From positions 155,992,001-156,056,000 of the forward strand of contig OZ024740.1 in NCBI GenBank assembly GCA_964016885.1: DNA of 64,000 nt, written 5' to 3'. This DNA comes from Eledone cirrhosa. Its lineage: Eukaryota. This document shows positions 40,929-55,416 of the stretch, one piece after another (within the stretch, counting starts at the first letter, position 1; every line of letters begins with the position of its first letter). The position numbers were made by a program, and so were the translations under genes. The notes under the pieces were generated by a model. It saw only the letters and a list, made by a program, of their open reading frames with translations. It made no database searches and was not told the origin of the DNA.

Positions 40929-41178
40929 TGAGAAAGAGAGAGAGAGTAATGTATATATATATGTATATATATTCTCCCCAATGGTAGAGAAACCTTTGGT
41001 CGTTTGAACGGCTGCTATTTTTAGCAGCACGGGATTGACCTGTCCACCTTGCTTTGTCCTTGCACACGGTCCATAAAGAAATTGTTTCATCATTCATTCA
41101 CTCTCATTCTGAGGCAGTCTTGTATGGCGCCAGTTTGTAATTTGAACTCGGGAATTTTATATTCTCCGAGAGAGAAAA

Positions 41179-41259
41179 GCCTTCTGACGATGATCTCTTT
41201 CTCAATGGAAATCCGCTTGGATTATCTATTTGTTTGGGATCTGAAACCGCGGTAAGGGC
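41179..41259 (+). ncRNA. Type I hammerhead with extended stem II (copy 1)
   Basis: gcctt CTGACGA t gatctc...gggatc t GAAA ccgcgg TA agggc; predicted cut after 41254. Confidence 0.87.
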
Positions 41260-41674
41260 ACATATAGTAAGTACAGTGAATGTTTTGGAATTTAATTATT
41301 ATTATTTTTAAAGATATTTTCTGTGTTTACACTCCCTTGATTTTATATGTTCTGGCTTGTTAATTTATTAACTTGCCATTGAACCACACTGGCATACGAT
41401 CGGACTATACTTGTATCCCTGTGTGTATTAATTACATGTAGGGACACATACCTTTATTATTATTCTTCCCAATGGTAGAGAAACCTTTGGTCGTTTGAAC
41501 GGCTGCTATTTTTAGCAGCACGCGATTGACCTGTCCACCTTGCTTTGTCCTTGCACACGGCCCATAAAGAAATTGTTTCATCATATCATTCATTCACTCT
41601 CATTCTGAGGCAGTTTTGTATGGTGCCAGTTTGTAATTTGAACTCGGGAATTTTATATTCTCCGAGAGAGAAAA

Positions 41675-41755
41675 GCCTTCTGACGATGATCTCTTTCTCA
41701 ATGGAAATCCGTTTGGATTATCTATTTGTTTGGGATCTGAAACCGCGGTAAGGGC
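41675..41755 (+). ncRNA. Type I hammerhead with extended stem II (copy 2)
   Basis: Identical core and stems; predicted cut after 41750. Confidence 0.87.
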
Positions 41756-41832
41756 ACATATAGTAAGTACAGTGAACGTTTTGGAATTTAATTATTATTT
41801 TTAAAGATATTTTCTGTGTTTACACTCCCTTG

Positions 41833-41870
<38 letters not shown>

Positions 41871-41871
41871 G

Positions 41872-41907
<36 letters not shown>

Positions 41908-41945
41908 AGTAATATATATATATTGAGTAATGTATATATATATAT

Positions 41946-43757
41946 ATGCTACACACGACTAGAAGAATTAAAAATACACTTATCAGCAGAAACTACCCAG
42001 CATCCCTAATCAACAATGGATTCCAACGTGCCCTAAAACTCGACATCCAGGAACTCAGACACCCCAAACCCAGGAATGAACCGCAACAAAAAAACTCTAC
42101 CATACATCTCCACACACAACTCCCTCAATAATGAGGCATTCGACACCATCCTTCAGAACTTTCCTTTACTAAAAAGAGACACAAGAATGAACAAAATCCT
42201 CCAAACACACAACATTTCACAGTTAAACACAACTTTACATGTGCATCTGAAAACCTAATCTATGTTTTGACCTGCTCAGGTTGTCAGGAGCACTACATAG
42301 GACAGACAAAAAACAGCCTCCGTCAACGTATGACCGTCCGTAAATCACAAATTAAAATACAGGAATACAGGAAGATTGCATTTAGTGAACATATCGCCAA
42401 TTGTGCACACAACCATCACCCAAACTTTAAAATTTTCCCCATTTACAAATTCATAGACAACGCTACTTTCATCCATTGTACCAATAAGGAAACATATTTC
42501 ATTAACAAATTCCAACCTCTACTTAATGCACTAAACTTCGGACCAAACTAAAACTGCAACAAACAATCAAACATTTACAAGAGTTACCTCCCTCACACCG
42601 TACCTAATCCTTTTTCTTAAATAAATTAAATATCATCCAGCCTGAATTTCCTCCCCCTGCATATTAACTCTCTAAAAAGAGAAATCATATCAAACCCCAG
42701 TCCACCATTTGCCTCTATCATGGAATCATGGATCAACTAAGCACCCTTGCTATATTAACACATTTTGATCTGCTTAACTTCAAGAACTATGCCTGTAAAT
42801 TACATTATTTTTCCTTTCACATTGACTTTTTATGCTCTACATTACTCTCATTATTTTCTTTTTTCTTTTTTCTTTTCACTTCATAAACCTTGTTCTTTTC
42901 ACTTCATAAACTAACATAAATTATTTGAAATTTAACGGTCAGCCGGATACGTTTGGATATATATAGTGTATATAATTAATTGTTAGTATATTTCTAATTA
43001 ACTAAGGACTCGAAATTAAACCCTCATATAATTACACCCAGATATATTTAATATTTAGATAGATGGATACTTCTAGATAATTCAAAGATTTGAGTTTACT
43101 CTTTCACAAAGCTATGCCTAAATGTATATTCATGTGTTTGTATATGTATATATAATTTTTGCATTATCTAATCACACCCTATTCATCCACGACAATACAA
43201 ACCTCCCTCCCTATGCTTTATACTAAAAAAAATATTGCTCCTTGTCTCTCTATCCTTGATCAATTCTCTTTTTCTTTCTATACTTCTAGTAACTATATTT
43301 TCTCCTCATCTGTTTCTCTCTGTCTTTCTTCTTTCTTCTTTCTTCAATAATTTAAATTCTTTGAATCTATAACAGTTATGTAAATTGCTATTATGTATTT
43401 TTAAGCTTTCTCACACGCACCCTTTGTATTATATGTACATTTTTTCATGTCTCAATCTTAAGGTATATAAATATTGAGTTTTGTCATATCTTATTCACTA
43501 CCATCACTGAATCTTAACCATCTACTATGTCAGGGTATGTCATGCATCATCTTATTTTATCTGATGAGGACGTACTGTTGAAGTTAGCTCAGTACCTCTG
43601 AAATATGTATAATAAAATATACTTGATCACACGAATGTCTATTTTTGTTAATATTTTGAATTAATAATAATAACTCTGTAAAACCATTCCTGTTGAGTGC
43701 TTCCAATCTATTGTAAAACTCATTCTTTGATTTATTCATTGAACCTTGTTTAACCTT

Positions 43758-43760
<3 letters not shown>
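41946..43760 (+). mobile_element. 5'-truncated PLE (Neptune-like GIY-YIG) with long 3' UTR and HHR
   Basis: CASENLIYVLTCSGCQEHYIGQT..LRQR...ETYFINKFQPLLN. Confidence 0.85.
43553..43619 (+). ncRNA. Type I hammerhead, canonical core
   Basis: tattttat CTGATGA gga c gtactg..cagtac c tct GAAA tatgta TA ataaaata (8-bp stem I). Confidence 0.85.
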
Positions 43761-43844
<84 letters not shown>

Positions 43845-43884
43845 AAGCGAAAAATCAGTGATGCATCTGAACTCAATTTATTGT

Positions 43885-43972
43885 GTGTTACAATTGTTTC
43901 GCCGGCGGACAGCTGGAGACGCGATCATTGTGTGGATCTGTCTGATTCTGGACCAGCAGGTTCGACGGACAC
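43885..43972 (-). ncRNA. Decayed hammerhead with long stem II
   Basis: gtgt CCGTCGA [gctgg/ccagc, agac/gtct, gatc/gatc] GAAA caattg TA acac. Confidence 0.5.
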
Positions 43973-44570
43973 GTCTAATGATTTCGGAGCATATTCTTCC
44001 TTAAGAATATATATATATATATATATACCGAACCGATGTTTCGGCGCTGAATTACAGGACACCGGTGTAGTTCGGGTGCGCCCGAGGCCTTTTATTAATC
44101 AAAAGGCCAGGTGGAAAAGGAAAGAGAAAGAGAGGAAAAAAGGAGAGAGAAAAGGAAAGAGAGGGAAAAGAGGAAGAACAGGGGGGGGGGGGATGAGGAG
44201 AGAGGAAGAAGGGGAAAAATAGGAAAGGAATAGAAGAAAAAAGTGTACAGATCCCATCGTGGGAAGACACAGGTGAAAGGCCTCGGGCGCACCAGAACTA
44301 CACCGATGTCCTGTAATTCAGCGCCGAAACATCGGTTCGGGATACATTTACAGCTGACGATGTAAATTCCTTTCTTCCTTTCTCCTCCTGTTCCGTCCTA
44401 ACCACCATTCTAAACCTTGTTTTTAGTAACCACACAGCTCCTTTTGTTTCATAACTTTTTGTATATATATATATAATATATATATATAATATATATATAT
44501 ATAATATATATATATATAATATATATATAATATATATATTATATATATATAGACCCTCCATCTCAACTCA

Positions 44571-44608
44571 CCCTTTGAAAAGCAGAAGAACTGCGAAACC
44601 GGTAAAGG
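44571..44608 (+). ncRNA. Minimal hammerhead, U3-A8 core variant
   Basis: ccct TTGAAAA gcag-aagaa-ctgc GAAA ccgg TA aagg (one stem I mismatch). Confidence 0.68.
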
Positions 44609-44677
44609 AACCAAATAAATATATATATTTAAAAAAAAAATAAGACTTCAGTTGCATTTTCGATTTCATCTCTTTTT

Positions 44678-45906
<1,229 letters not shown>

Positions 45907-45945
45907 ATATATAATATATATATATATATAATATATATATATATA

Positions 45946-46028
<83 letters not shown>

Positions 46029-46033
46029 AGTAA

Positions 46034-46092
<59 letters not shown>

Positions 46093-46097
46093 AGTAA

Positions 46098-46132
<35 letters not shown>

Positions 46133-46270
46133 ACTAGAAATTGATTAACATATAAATAAACATGAATAATCACAGGAGATAATTTAAGTGTGTAACCACA
46201 CATAGCTAGGTAGGTAACTAAATAAAGTTGACCAGAACTTCAAAAATAGATACCTTATAATATGATTAAT

Positions 46271-46363
46271 CTTCCCTGTATATATTCCATTCAAGAAATA
46301 TATTTCACCAATTAATCGGATGGTAAACCACGGAAGTGGAGACTTGGATTTTCAACAAGGAAG
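46271..46363 (-). ncRNA. Full type I hammerhead, U3-A8 variant
   Basis: cttccttg TTGAAAA t ccaa..ttgg t GAAA tatatttc-ttgaat-ggaatata TA cagggaag (8-bp stem I, 9-bp stem III). Confidence 0.8.
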
Positions 46364-46561
46364 AAGTTCCAGCGATCCGTGTTTACACTTCAAGTTCAAA
46401 TCAGCGACTGGCCAGCAACATGTGGTATATCTACTAGAAATACTCGTTAGAATCATAGAGCTTATTTTGCGGGTGATATGGCGCATGTCTCTCTGGCATG
46501 ACACCCATAATTTTAATTTAGATTAAATTCATTTGATTTATCTTAATTTTCGATATATATA

Positions 46562-46654
<93 letters not shown>

Positions 46655-47301
46655 GGAGTTGAGATGTTGTCTGTAAAATAGCAACATGTTCTGCTCCCTG
46701 TATTTTTTTAAACCAATACTTAATCTTCTGATGGGATACAAACTTAAATACAAACTAGCATAAAGTATAATTATTATTCCTAATGATTCTATTACTATAA
46801 TTATTACGTTGTCATTACTTTTATTACTATGGATTTCATTTTGCGTCGAAACAACTGTGTCGAAACAATTGTAAAGATTAAATGATTTAGAACCTCTATC
46901 TGTCATTTTAATTTGTTTTATATGCTGTGTTAAAAATACCAATTTTCTTCCACTTTTAAATTTCTCCTCTCTATATTTTTATAGGTAAGTGCAGAAACCC
47001 ACTGAGCTTAAATTTTTTCATTCTCAATTTCTCTTCAAGTAACTCTAGGTGTATGTTTTTCTTAAACATTATTAAACATACTTATATTTTTAAACAAATA
47101 TATACGTATGTATATATATATGCATATGCATATATATGTGTATGTGTATAAGTCTATATGCATGTGTGTTTATACGTATTTAATACATCCGTATAATTAC
47201 TTCTTACTTGTGTTACATACATACATTTAAACATACATGATGGGTACCCTCTCGTTATCGAGTATGGCCATAGCACGAAAAAAAATAATAACGACAATAA
47301 T

Positions 47302-47411
<110 letters not shown>

Positions 47412-48687
47412 TAACAATTAACAGTGCTGCGATTGAATGTGGCTTTTTAGTCCAGCCAATGATCTAAAATGTCTTGCACAGAGTTGGCAACCAAAACATT
47501 CACTGGCAATAGCCGGCTGTGGTTGGATTTCATGTAATTTTGCATGTCGTTTGAGCCCTCCTGCTGATTTACACTCTCTTCCACATGCTTGGCATGCATG
47601 ATGAGTAGCATCTCCAACAGCAGCCTGGTAGTCAACCAGTGGTCTCACTTTATGATTGCGAAGATGACTTTCGAGTCCAGCTATGCTGAGGCAGAGTCTC
47701 GCACCGACGCTGCATGCCAGTGCCATAGGAGGACCTTCACTGTCTGGAAATGTAACAGAAATGCCCTTCCTCACATCACTCTTTACTTTCTGGTATGCGA
47801 TTCGAGATGCCTCAAAGGCACCTTTCCCCTCATATACAGTCTTTCTCCATTTATTATGATCAGCAGCAATATTTTCCCATGTATCAGCAGAGATGTTAGC
47901 GTCTTTGAAAGAGGCTTTCAACGAATCCTTATATCTCTTTTTTAGTTTATGTGGAGGTCGTTTTCCTTTAACTAACTCTCCATAAAAGAGCTGTTTTGGT
48001 ATTTTAGAATCCTTCATCCTGGCAAGGTGACCACTCCAACGGAGTCTTTGCTTAAGCACAATAGCTTCTATACTGTCACACAGAGAGCTTTCCAAAATCT
48101 CGACATCACTGATGTGGTCGCTCCAGTGAACGCCATGGATCCGTCTGAGACACATCTGATGGAAACGCTCCAATTGTTTAAGCTGGTATCGATATGTGAC
48201 CCAGGTCTCGCAAGCATAAAGAAGAGAAGAGAGCACACATGCCTTGTACACCTTTACCTTTGTCTTTTTGCATATGTCTCACCGACCCCAGAGTCGCCTT
48301 TCTAGCTTTCCGAAAGCATCACTTGCTTTCCTAATCCTGAGTGGAATTTCATTATCAAGGTTGCTGTATCGATTGACAGTGCTTCCCAGGTAGACAAACT
48401 GATCAACTCCAAGTCGTTTAGCATACACATAGATATTTGGCTCACTGTATTGCTTACCAGGAGCAGGTTGGTACATGACGACGGTTTTCTTGAGACTGAC
48501 AGTCAATCCTAGGGCAGTGCAAGCATCAGAAAATGCATTCAAAATGTGCTGCATATCACTCTCTGTGTGCGCTACAAGATCGCAATCATCTGCATACAAG
48601 AGGTCTCTTATGATTGATATACATACTTTTGTTTTTGCAGCAAAGCGCCTGATGTTAAATATGCTGCCCGAGGTTCGATATTGGATG

Positions 48688-49133
48688 TGTAGCGACTAGC
48701 GCCACATTGCCCGGGGAGAAAAAAACTAATTGGAGTTACTTCCCCGTGGCCAGTATATAAGGTAGTGTTCTGACATCACTCAGACTCTCTTGCTCACTTA
48801 CTCTCTTTTGGCGGCACCTCTCAAACTGGTCACATCAAGCGCAAGCATGCTAACCTTTTTTCAACCATATCTTATAATTCAGGATTATACCTTGTCATGC
48901 CACGAAGCACATTTGTTTACCACATTACACGGACTACAATAAACGCAAGTTATTTTGATACTCGTTTTGAGAAGCTTATCATGCCTCAGTTATTATTTCA
49001 AATGTAGTGAGAGATAATTCTCACAAAAAGAAATTGTATGAAAAATTCTACTATATCTTATTTCTATTAAATTTAGTAGTTGGGATCCGGTGGTGCTTAC
49101 TGGAGTAAGTAACCCTGGGACCAACTCACTAAA
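48688..49133 (+). repeat. 5' LTR
   Basis: TGTAGCG...CACTAAA; TATATAA and AATAAA inside. Confidence 0.93.
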
Positions 49134-49135
49134 AG

Positions 49136-49146
49136 TGGTGACCCCG
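49136..49146 (+). promoter_or_regulatory. Primer-binding site (tRNA-Trp-like)
   Basis: TGGTGACCCCG, 2 nt after the LTR. Confidence 0.75.
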
Positions 49147-52100
49147 TTTGAACATATAATTTCTATCGACGTCTGAACAAATAATTTCTACCGACGTTTG
49201 AATATATAATTTCTCCCGACGTTTTGAAAAAGAAAATCATCTCTCTCGATCTAATTTCATCATGAGCAACACATCGTTACCAGCGTATTCTGGCGATGCC
49301 AAATTGTGGTTCGCCCAGCTCAATGCGTATTTTGCGGTCAACGGAGTACAGGAAAAACACCAAAAATTAAACGTGCTAATCAGCGGAATTCCAGTTTCAC
49401 TAGCAATTACAGTAAACGACATAATCACGGACCCTCTCCAAGGCGTTTCCTACGAGTCTCTGAAGAGAGAGGTACTGCGTAGGAACAGTGAGTCGTCTGA
49501 GAGTAAATTTCGTTCCTTATTAGAGGATGAAAATCTGGTGGACAGAACTCCTACAGAGTTTTTACGGCGTATCCGTGAACTCAGTGATGCTGCGCCCGAA
49601 GACAGTTCCTTCGTAAAAAAGTTATTCTTCTCCCGTTTGCCAACTAATGTGCAAACCATATTGGCGAATATGGTTGACACCAGTTCGATAGAACAAATTG
49701 CTGCCTCTGCGGACAGAATTATGGAGTTTTCTAGGAAACCTACCTCGGCAGATTCGGTCGTCGCTTCTTCTGCTTTCAAAACCCAGCCTGCTGCACCTCG
49801 TGAGGACTCTATGTTGAGAGCCATTGATGCGCTAACTAGGCAAGTAGCTAAACTATGTAGGATCGAACGGCATCTAGACGGCGTTCACGAAGTCGGTCTT
49901 CTTCCTTTCATCGTCGCGCCAACTCCCCGCCAACAACTCGTCTTTGTGTTGGTATCACATGCGTTTTCGTGAAAAGGCGAAACATTGTATTCAGCCCTGC
50001 TCTTTTGAGACCTCGGAAAACTAAAATTGGAGAGTCTGGGCACGGCAGATCTCTCCCTCATTAATTCACCTTATCGTGCTTTCTTTATCAGAGACCGAGT
50101 CTCGAACAGATCATTTATGGTGGACACAGGATCTAGTTGCAGTATTTGGCCCTTACGGTTCAACTCTACCAAGCCAACTCTTTCCGGCATTTCCTTGTAT
50201 ACAGTAAACCAGTCTCCTATAAAAACTTATGGACAGATATCTTTATCACTGGACCTAGCTTTGCGTCGAGATTTCAAATAGATTTTTGTCATTGCCGACC
50301 TACCTCATCCTATTCTCGGTGCGGATTTCTTACAGCACTATTCACTTTTGGTAGATGTCAGGAACCAGAAACTTGTGGATAGTACCACATCATTATCTAC
50401 GCCTACTCGTAAATCTACCACTACTGCTATCAGTCCGTCATTTTTTGTGGCTGCCGCTGGAAAACAGTTTCATGCACTCCTTACTTCGTTTCCCGAGTTA
50501 ACGGATATTTCATTTAAACCTACCCAGGCAGCCCAATCGACTCAACACTTCGTTACAACTGGTCCACCTGTTTTCTCTCCTCCACGAAGGTTGGCTCCGG
50601 ATAGACTAAAAAAAGCACGAAACAAGTTCGAGCACATGCTCCAGCTCGGTCTTATACGACCGTTCACCAGCCCATGGGCATCTCCGCTTCACTTGGCTCG
50701 TAAGGGTGAAGCGGATTTTAGACCCGTGGGAGATTATCGACGACTTAATGCCATCACCACTCCGGACCGTTATCCTCTACCAAATTTACAGGATTTTTCA
50801 TCCGTTCTGCATGGATGCAAGATATTTTCCAAAATAGATTTAATACGTGCATACCACCAGATACCCATTAATCCAGAGGATATACCAAAAACAGCTGTGA
50901 CCACCCCCTTTGGTTCATTTGAATTCCTGTCCATGCCTTTTGGCTTGCGGAATGCCTCTAGCACGTTCCAACGTTTTATCGATGAAGTCACGCGTGGATT
51001 GGATTTCGCGTTTGCTTACATGGATGATCTCCTGATAGCCAGTGACACAGCTGAAAACCATCATCAACATCTATCCCAGTTATTTCAACGTCTTCGATCG
51101 TACCAAGTCAGAATCAACCCAGCTAAATGTGTGTTTGGTACAACTTCACTGGAATTCCTTGGACATCTTATAGATTCGGAAGGCATTCGACCTTTGTCAT
51201 CTAAGGTAGAAGCGATTCAGCGTATTGCAACACCCACCTCCCTGAAACAATTACGTCATTTCTTGGGATTAATTAACTTTTATCGTCGCTTCATTCCTAA
51301 CTGTGCGGACAAGTTGTTCCCCTTGACACAGTTTTTAAAGGCTGCGAAAAAGAAAGATGCTCCTATTTCACTTTCTGCTGATGCTTTGCAGTCTTTTGAA
51401 TCCGTCAAGTCCAAGATTGCTGAAGTTTCTTTCCTCGCCCACCCTGTTGCAAACGCGAGACTTTCTTTAACTGTTGATGCATCCGATCATGCTGTTGGAG
51501 CAGTTTTGCAACATGCGATCGACCACCAGGTTCAACCACTGGCGTTCTTCTCACGCCAACTAAAACCAGCAGAGCAGTACTTTTGACAGAGTTACAGTAC
51601 TTTTGACAGAGAGCTTTTAGCAGTTTATCTTGCTGTGAGACACTTCCACCATCTTCTTGAAGGTCGGGAGTTCACGGTATTCACAGACCATAAACCACTC
51701 ACATTCGCTCTTCAAACCAAGTCCGACAGATACTCTCCGAGGGCATACAGACATTTGGATTTCATCTTCCAGTGCACCAGTGATATTCGTCATATAGCTG
51801 GAGCTACCAACATACCTGCGGACGCACTATCTCGACTTTCTGTGTGTTTCTTTCGTCTCCTGCACATATCGATTTGGTTGCCATAGCAACTGACCAACCT
51901 ACTTTAGATTTGTTGGACATTTCTTCTACCCAGTTTTCCTGCTGTAAATTTGAATATTTACCTCTTCCGTCTGCTGAAGGAAAAATTCTTTGCGATATTT
52001 CTACTGGCTCACCCAGACCACTTGTTCCAGATTGCCATCAATGTACCGTTTTTGATGCACTTCATTCCTTGTCGCATCACGGCATAGCTGCCACGGTGAA

Positions 52101-52418
52101 GCTTATTACGGCTCGATTTTTCTAGCCTAATATGCGTCGTTTAATCACCGGTTGGGCACGTTCTTGTTTGAACTGTCAGCGCTTCAAGATATATGAACTA
52201 TTTGACTTTGAACAATTTTGAACTTATTTTGAGCACTATTTTCCTTGCTCCTTTGTACTGTTTTGAATTGTATTGTTCCAGTTACATTTTTGTGCATGCT
52301 TATTTCATACTTTGCTTCTGTTGCAACCCATTGTAATTTATGTACCTTTTGTTTTGCTTGCTCCTTATTCCACGGGTCCTCGCTACAATGACTTTACGGT
52401 TATTATCGACTATCCTCT

Positions 52419-52428
52419 GGAGGGGAGA
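52419..52428 (+). promoter_or_regulatory. Polypurine tract
   Basis: GGAGGGGAGA just before the 3' LTR. Confidence 0.8.
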
Positions 52429-52430
52429 CT

Positions 52431-52875
52431 TGTAGCGACTAGCGCCACCTTGCCCGGGGAGAAAAAACTAATTGGAGTTACTTCCTCGTGGCCAGTATAT
52501 AAGGGAGTGTTCTGACGTCACTCAACCTCTCCTGCTCACTTACTCTCTTTTGGCGGCACCTCTCAAACTGGTCACATCGAGCGCAAGCATGTTAACCTTT
52601 TTTCAACCATATCTTATAATTCAGGATTATACCTTGTCATGCCACGAAGCACATTTGTTTACCACATTACATGGACTACAATAAACGCAAGTTATTTTGA
52701 TACTCGTTTTGAGAAGCTTATCATGCCTCAGTTATTATTTCAAATGTCGTGATAGATAATTCTCACAAAAAGAAATTGTATGAAAAATTCTACTATATCT
52801 TATTTCTATTAAATTTAGTAGTTGGGATTCGGTGGTGCTTACTGGAGTAAGTAACCCTGGGACCAACTCACTAAA
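52431..52875 (+). repeat. 3' LTR
   Basis: Near-identical to the 5' LTR. Confidence 0.93.
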
Positions 52876-54769
52876 GATGTAAACACCATGCTCGCAATTC
52901 CTGAATGCAATATATAAAACCATTGCGAAGTATATGGCAAACAGGGTCGGTGCTGAATATCCCCCTGTTTCACTCCATTTTTTACTGAGATAGGCTCCGA
53001 CATGTTACCTCTGACATTAATCCAAGCCTTCATGTCGTCATGGAAAGACCTAACTAAAGCAAGGAACTTATCAGGACAACCAAGTTTCTGGAGAACCTTC
53101 CACAATGCATCTCTGTTAACAGTATCGAAAGCTTTTGTCAGATCGACAAAAACCTGATACAGATCCAAACCTTGTTCCATGCACTTCTGGAGCTGTCTAG
53201 CTGAGAAGATCATATCAGTAGTGCCACGTCCAGCACGAAAACCAGATTGACTTTCAGAAAGAACACAATCTGCAATGTGTGTCAGCAGGCGGTCCAGAAG
53301 CACCCTACATAACATTTTTCCTTCGACAGAAAGCAATGATATACCTCTGTAGTTTCCACAATCGTTCTTGTTACCCTTTCCCTTGTACAAGACCACCATT
53401 ACTACATCTTTCCAGTCCTCAGGTACGGATTCACTAGCCCATATCCTGCCAAACAAAGAGTGAAGATGTTGCAGGAGTCTCTCACCACCATATTGTAGGA
53501 GCTCTGCATGTATGCCACCCATACCTGGAGACCTTCCACTGTTCAGCTTCGAGATAGCTACTGCAACCTCCTCCACAAGCGTCGGTAGTTCTGCGGGAGC
53601 TACTTTCACAGGTTTTTCTGGAATGAGATTGAGGAAATCTTCATTGGCGTCAGACAGCTGATTCAAAAGTTCATCAAAGTGCTCTCGCCACCTTCGTAGA
53701 ATTCCTTGTGAGTCACGAAGAAGTTCCTTACTGCGAAGCGGTGTCACCAGAGAAGAAGACGGTCCATAAACTTCATGCAAGAGACTATACAACAGCTTTG
53801 TGTTATTGGAATCTGATGCAGCTTGAATCTCATCAGCCTTCTCACTCCACCACTTATCCTTCATCTGAGAAAGACTCCGTCTAACACGTGATTTCACATC
53901 CTTGAGTTCCTCACGCAACATATTCTTCTCCTGTGGTTTTGCTGTCAAGTAGCGTGACAGAGCACGCCTCTTATCAGCCAACATGTCTTCTATATGTTCA
54001 TCATTCTCATTAAACCAGTCTTGATGTTTTCTCTGCACCAATCCCAGAACACGCCTGCCTACATCATAAACCGACTTTTTAAGAGTCGCCCAATCCTCAC
54101 CAAGATCTGCAACCTGCATCTCTTCTCGCAATGTCCTCTTCACATTTTTATCTCTAAGACGAACAGCATTCAATCTTCTGGGCAGGGTAACACCAGGAGC
54201 CCAGATTTTACGTTTAGTGATTAGTTTCACTTTTGCGCGTACCAGGCGGGGGTCCGTCCAGTACTCAGCACGATGACATACACACTCACCAGGGTCGCAT
54301 ATCTTCCTTTGTCCAGCGGAATTCTCATGGACATAAGACGCTCACTAATCCCCACTGGGAATTCTTCTAATTTATCCACAAGAGCAGTCTTAACAGCAAA
54401 TGCTACCCCAGGTTCTCTTTTGGTTCCTTCATCTCTTCCTTTCCAGAAGAATGTATATTCTCCACAAAATTCTGTAAGATGACCATCTTCAGCTAACCTC
54501 GTCTCAGATAAAGCTACGATGTCAAGATCGTAAAGTCGAAGCTCCTTTGCAACAAGAGCGGTCCTTCGTCCAGGACGCTCCAAGGAATCCCTGTCAAGCA
54601 GCGTCCGTACGTTCCAGCAGCCAATATTAAATGCCTTGTTTGGTTCTATTACAGTGGCACGATGACGAGCGGGCCCAGGCTGTGACGCCCTTGGGCCCCT
54701 GCCTTTATTGCCAATTATCTCTTTTGTGTTGGAACATCATTGAATTGGAAAAAAAAGTAATAATAATAA

Positions 54770-54918
54770 TAATTGTTTCTACTTTTGGCACCAGGCCAGC
54801 AATTATCCCAGTGCATTACTGGTACTTTATTTTATCGACCCCGTAAGGATGAAAGGCAAAGTTAACCTCGGCGGGATTTGAACTCAGATCATAAAGGGAG
54901 GTAACTCTATGCTTCAAA

Positions 54919-54920
<2 letters not shown>
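54770..54920 (-). mobile_element. Nin-like SINE (truncated); further copies at 55460-55650, 55773-55866, 56380-56590, 61065-61190 and 63500-63685
   Basis: Family motifs. Confidence 0.75.
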
Positions 54921-54975
<55 letters not shown>

Positions 54976-54976
<1 letters not shown>

Positions 54977-55416
54977 GGTGCTATTGGATTTTAGTATACA
55001 GACGGACAAGAAACTGGAACACAATAGGCCTGACCTGGTGGTTTTGGACAAGGAAAAAAGATCATGCCTGATTGTAGATGTGGCCTGCCCATTTGACACG
55101 TGAGTGCAAGAAAATGAGAGGGAGATAATTAACCGATACCAGGACTTAAAGTGGGAGGTAAAAAGGATTTGGAACTGCCATGAAGTCAGAGTCGTCCCGA
55201 TTGTCATAGGCGCACTAGGTACTATCTCAAAGAGTTTCCAAGGATGGTTAAAGAAAATTAGTCCAGCCCCGCTTTTTGGAACACTTCAAAAGGCATGCTT
55301 GCTGGGAACAGCAAGAACCCTCCGATACGTCCTGAATATCTGAGGCTGCAGGTAGCGGCTTGATATTCATTTCAACAAACTTTCCAGTTAAATAACATCA
55401 ATGACTGAGACTCAAA

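Larger units (their letters stand above)
40970..41841 (+). mobile_element. Retrozyme-like element: two direct repeats of about 380 bp, each with an HHR; monomer 496 nt
   Basis: 40970-41348 matches 41461-41841; no real ORF; (TA)n flanks. Confidence 0.85.
48688..52875 (+). mobile_element. Ty3/Gypsy LTR retrotransposon, integrase core deleted, 4-bp TSD GATG
   Basis: gag 49262-50023, protease VDTGS, RT YMDD, RNase H DAS/TDH, IN zinc finger then truncation; GATG at 48684-48687 and 52876-52879. Confidence 0.95.
47415..54705 (-). mobile_element. Near full-length decayed RTE-clade LINE interrupted by a Gypsy element
   Basis: APE (ALSETR), RT (NYRGISLL, QSGFR, FVDLTKAFD, YADD), C2H2 fingers; the frame GVYI|QYRT rejoins across the insertion. 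Confidence 0.92.

Noticed and set aside
46538-46942. 134-aa minus-strand ORF
   Set aside because: No recognisable motif, runs into (TA)n, and is not needed in the exon chain
54640-54705. GC hairpin at the RTE 5' end as a possible HDV-like ribozyme (also 30500-30580)
   Set aside because: Could not build the nested double pseudoknot by eye
55101-55103. In-frame TGA in the R4 endonuclease as recoding
   Set aside because: Most simply a CGA>TGA decay in a truncated copy
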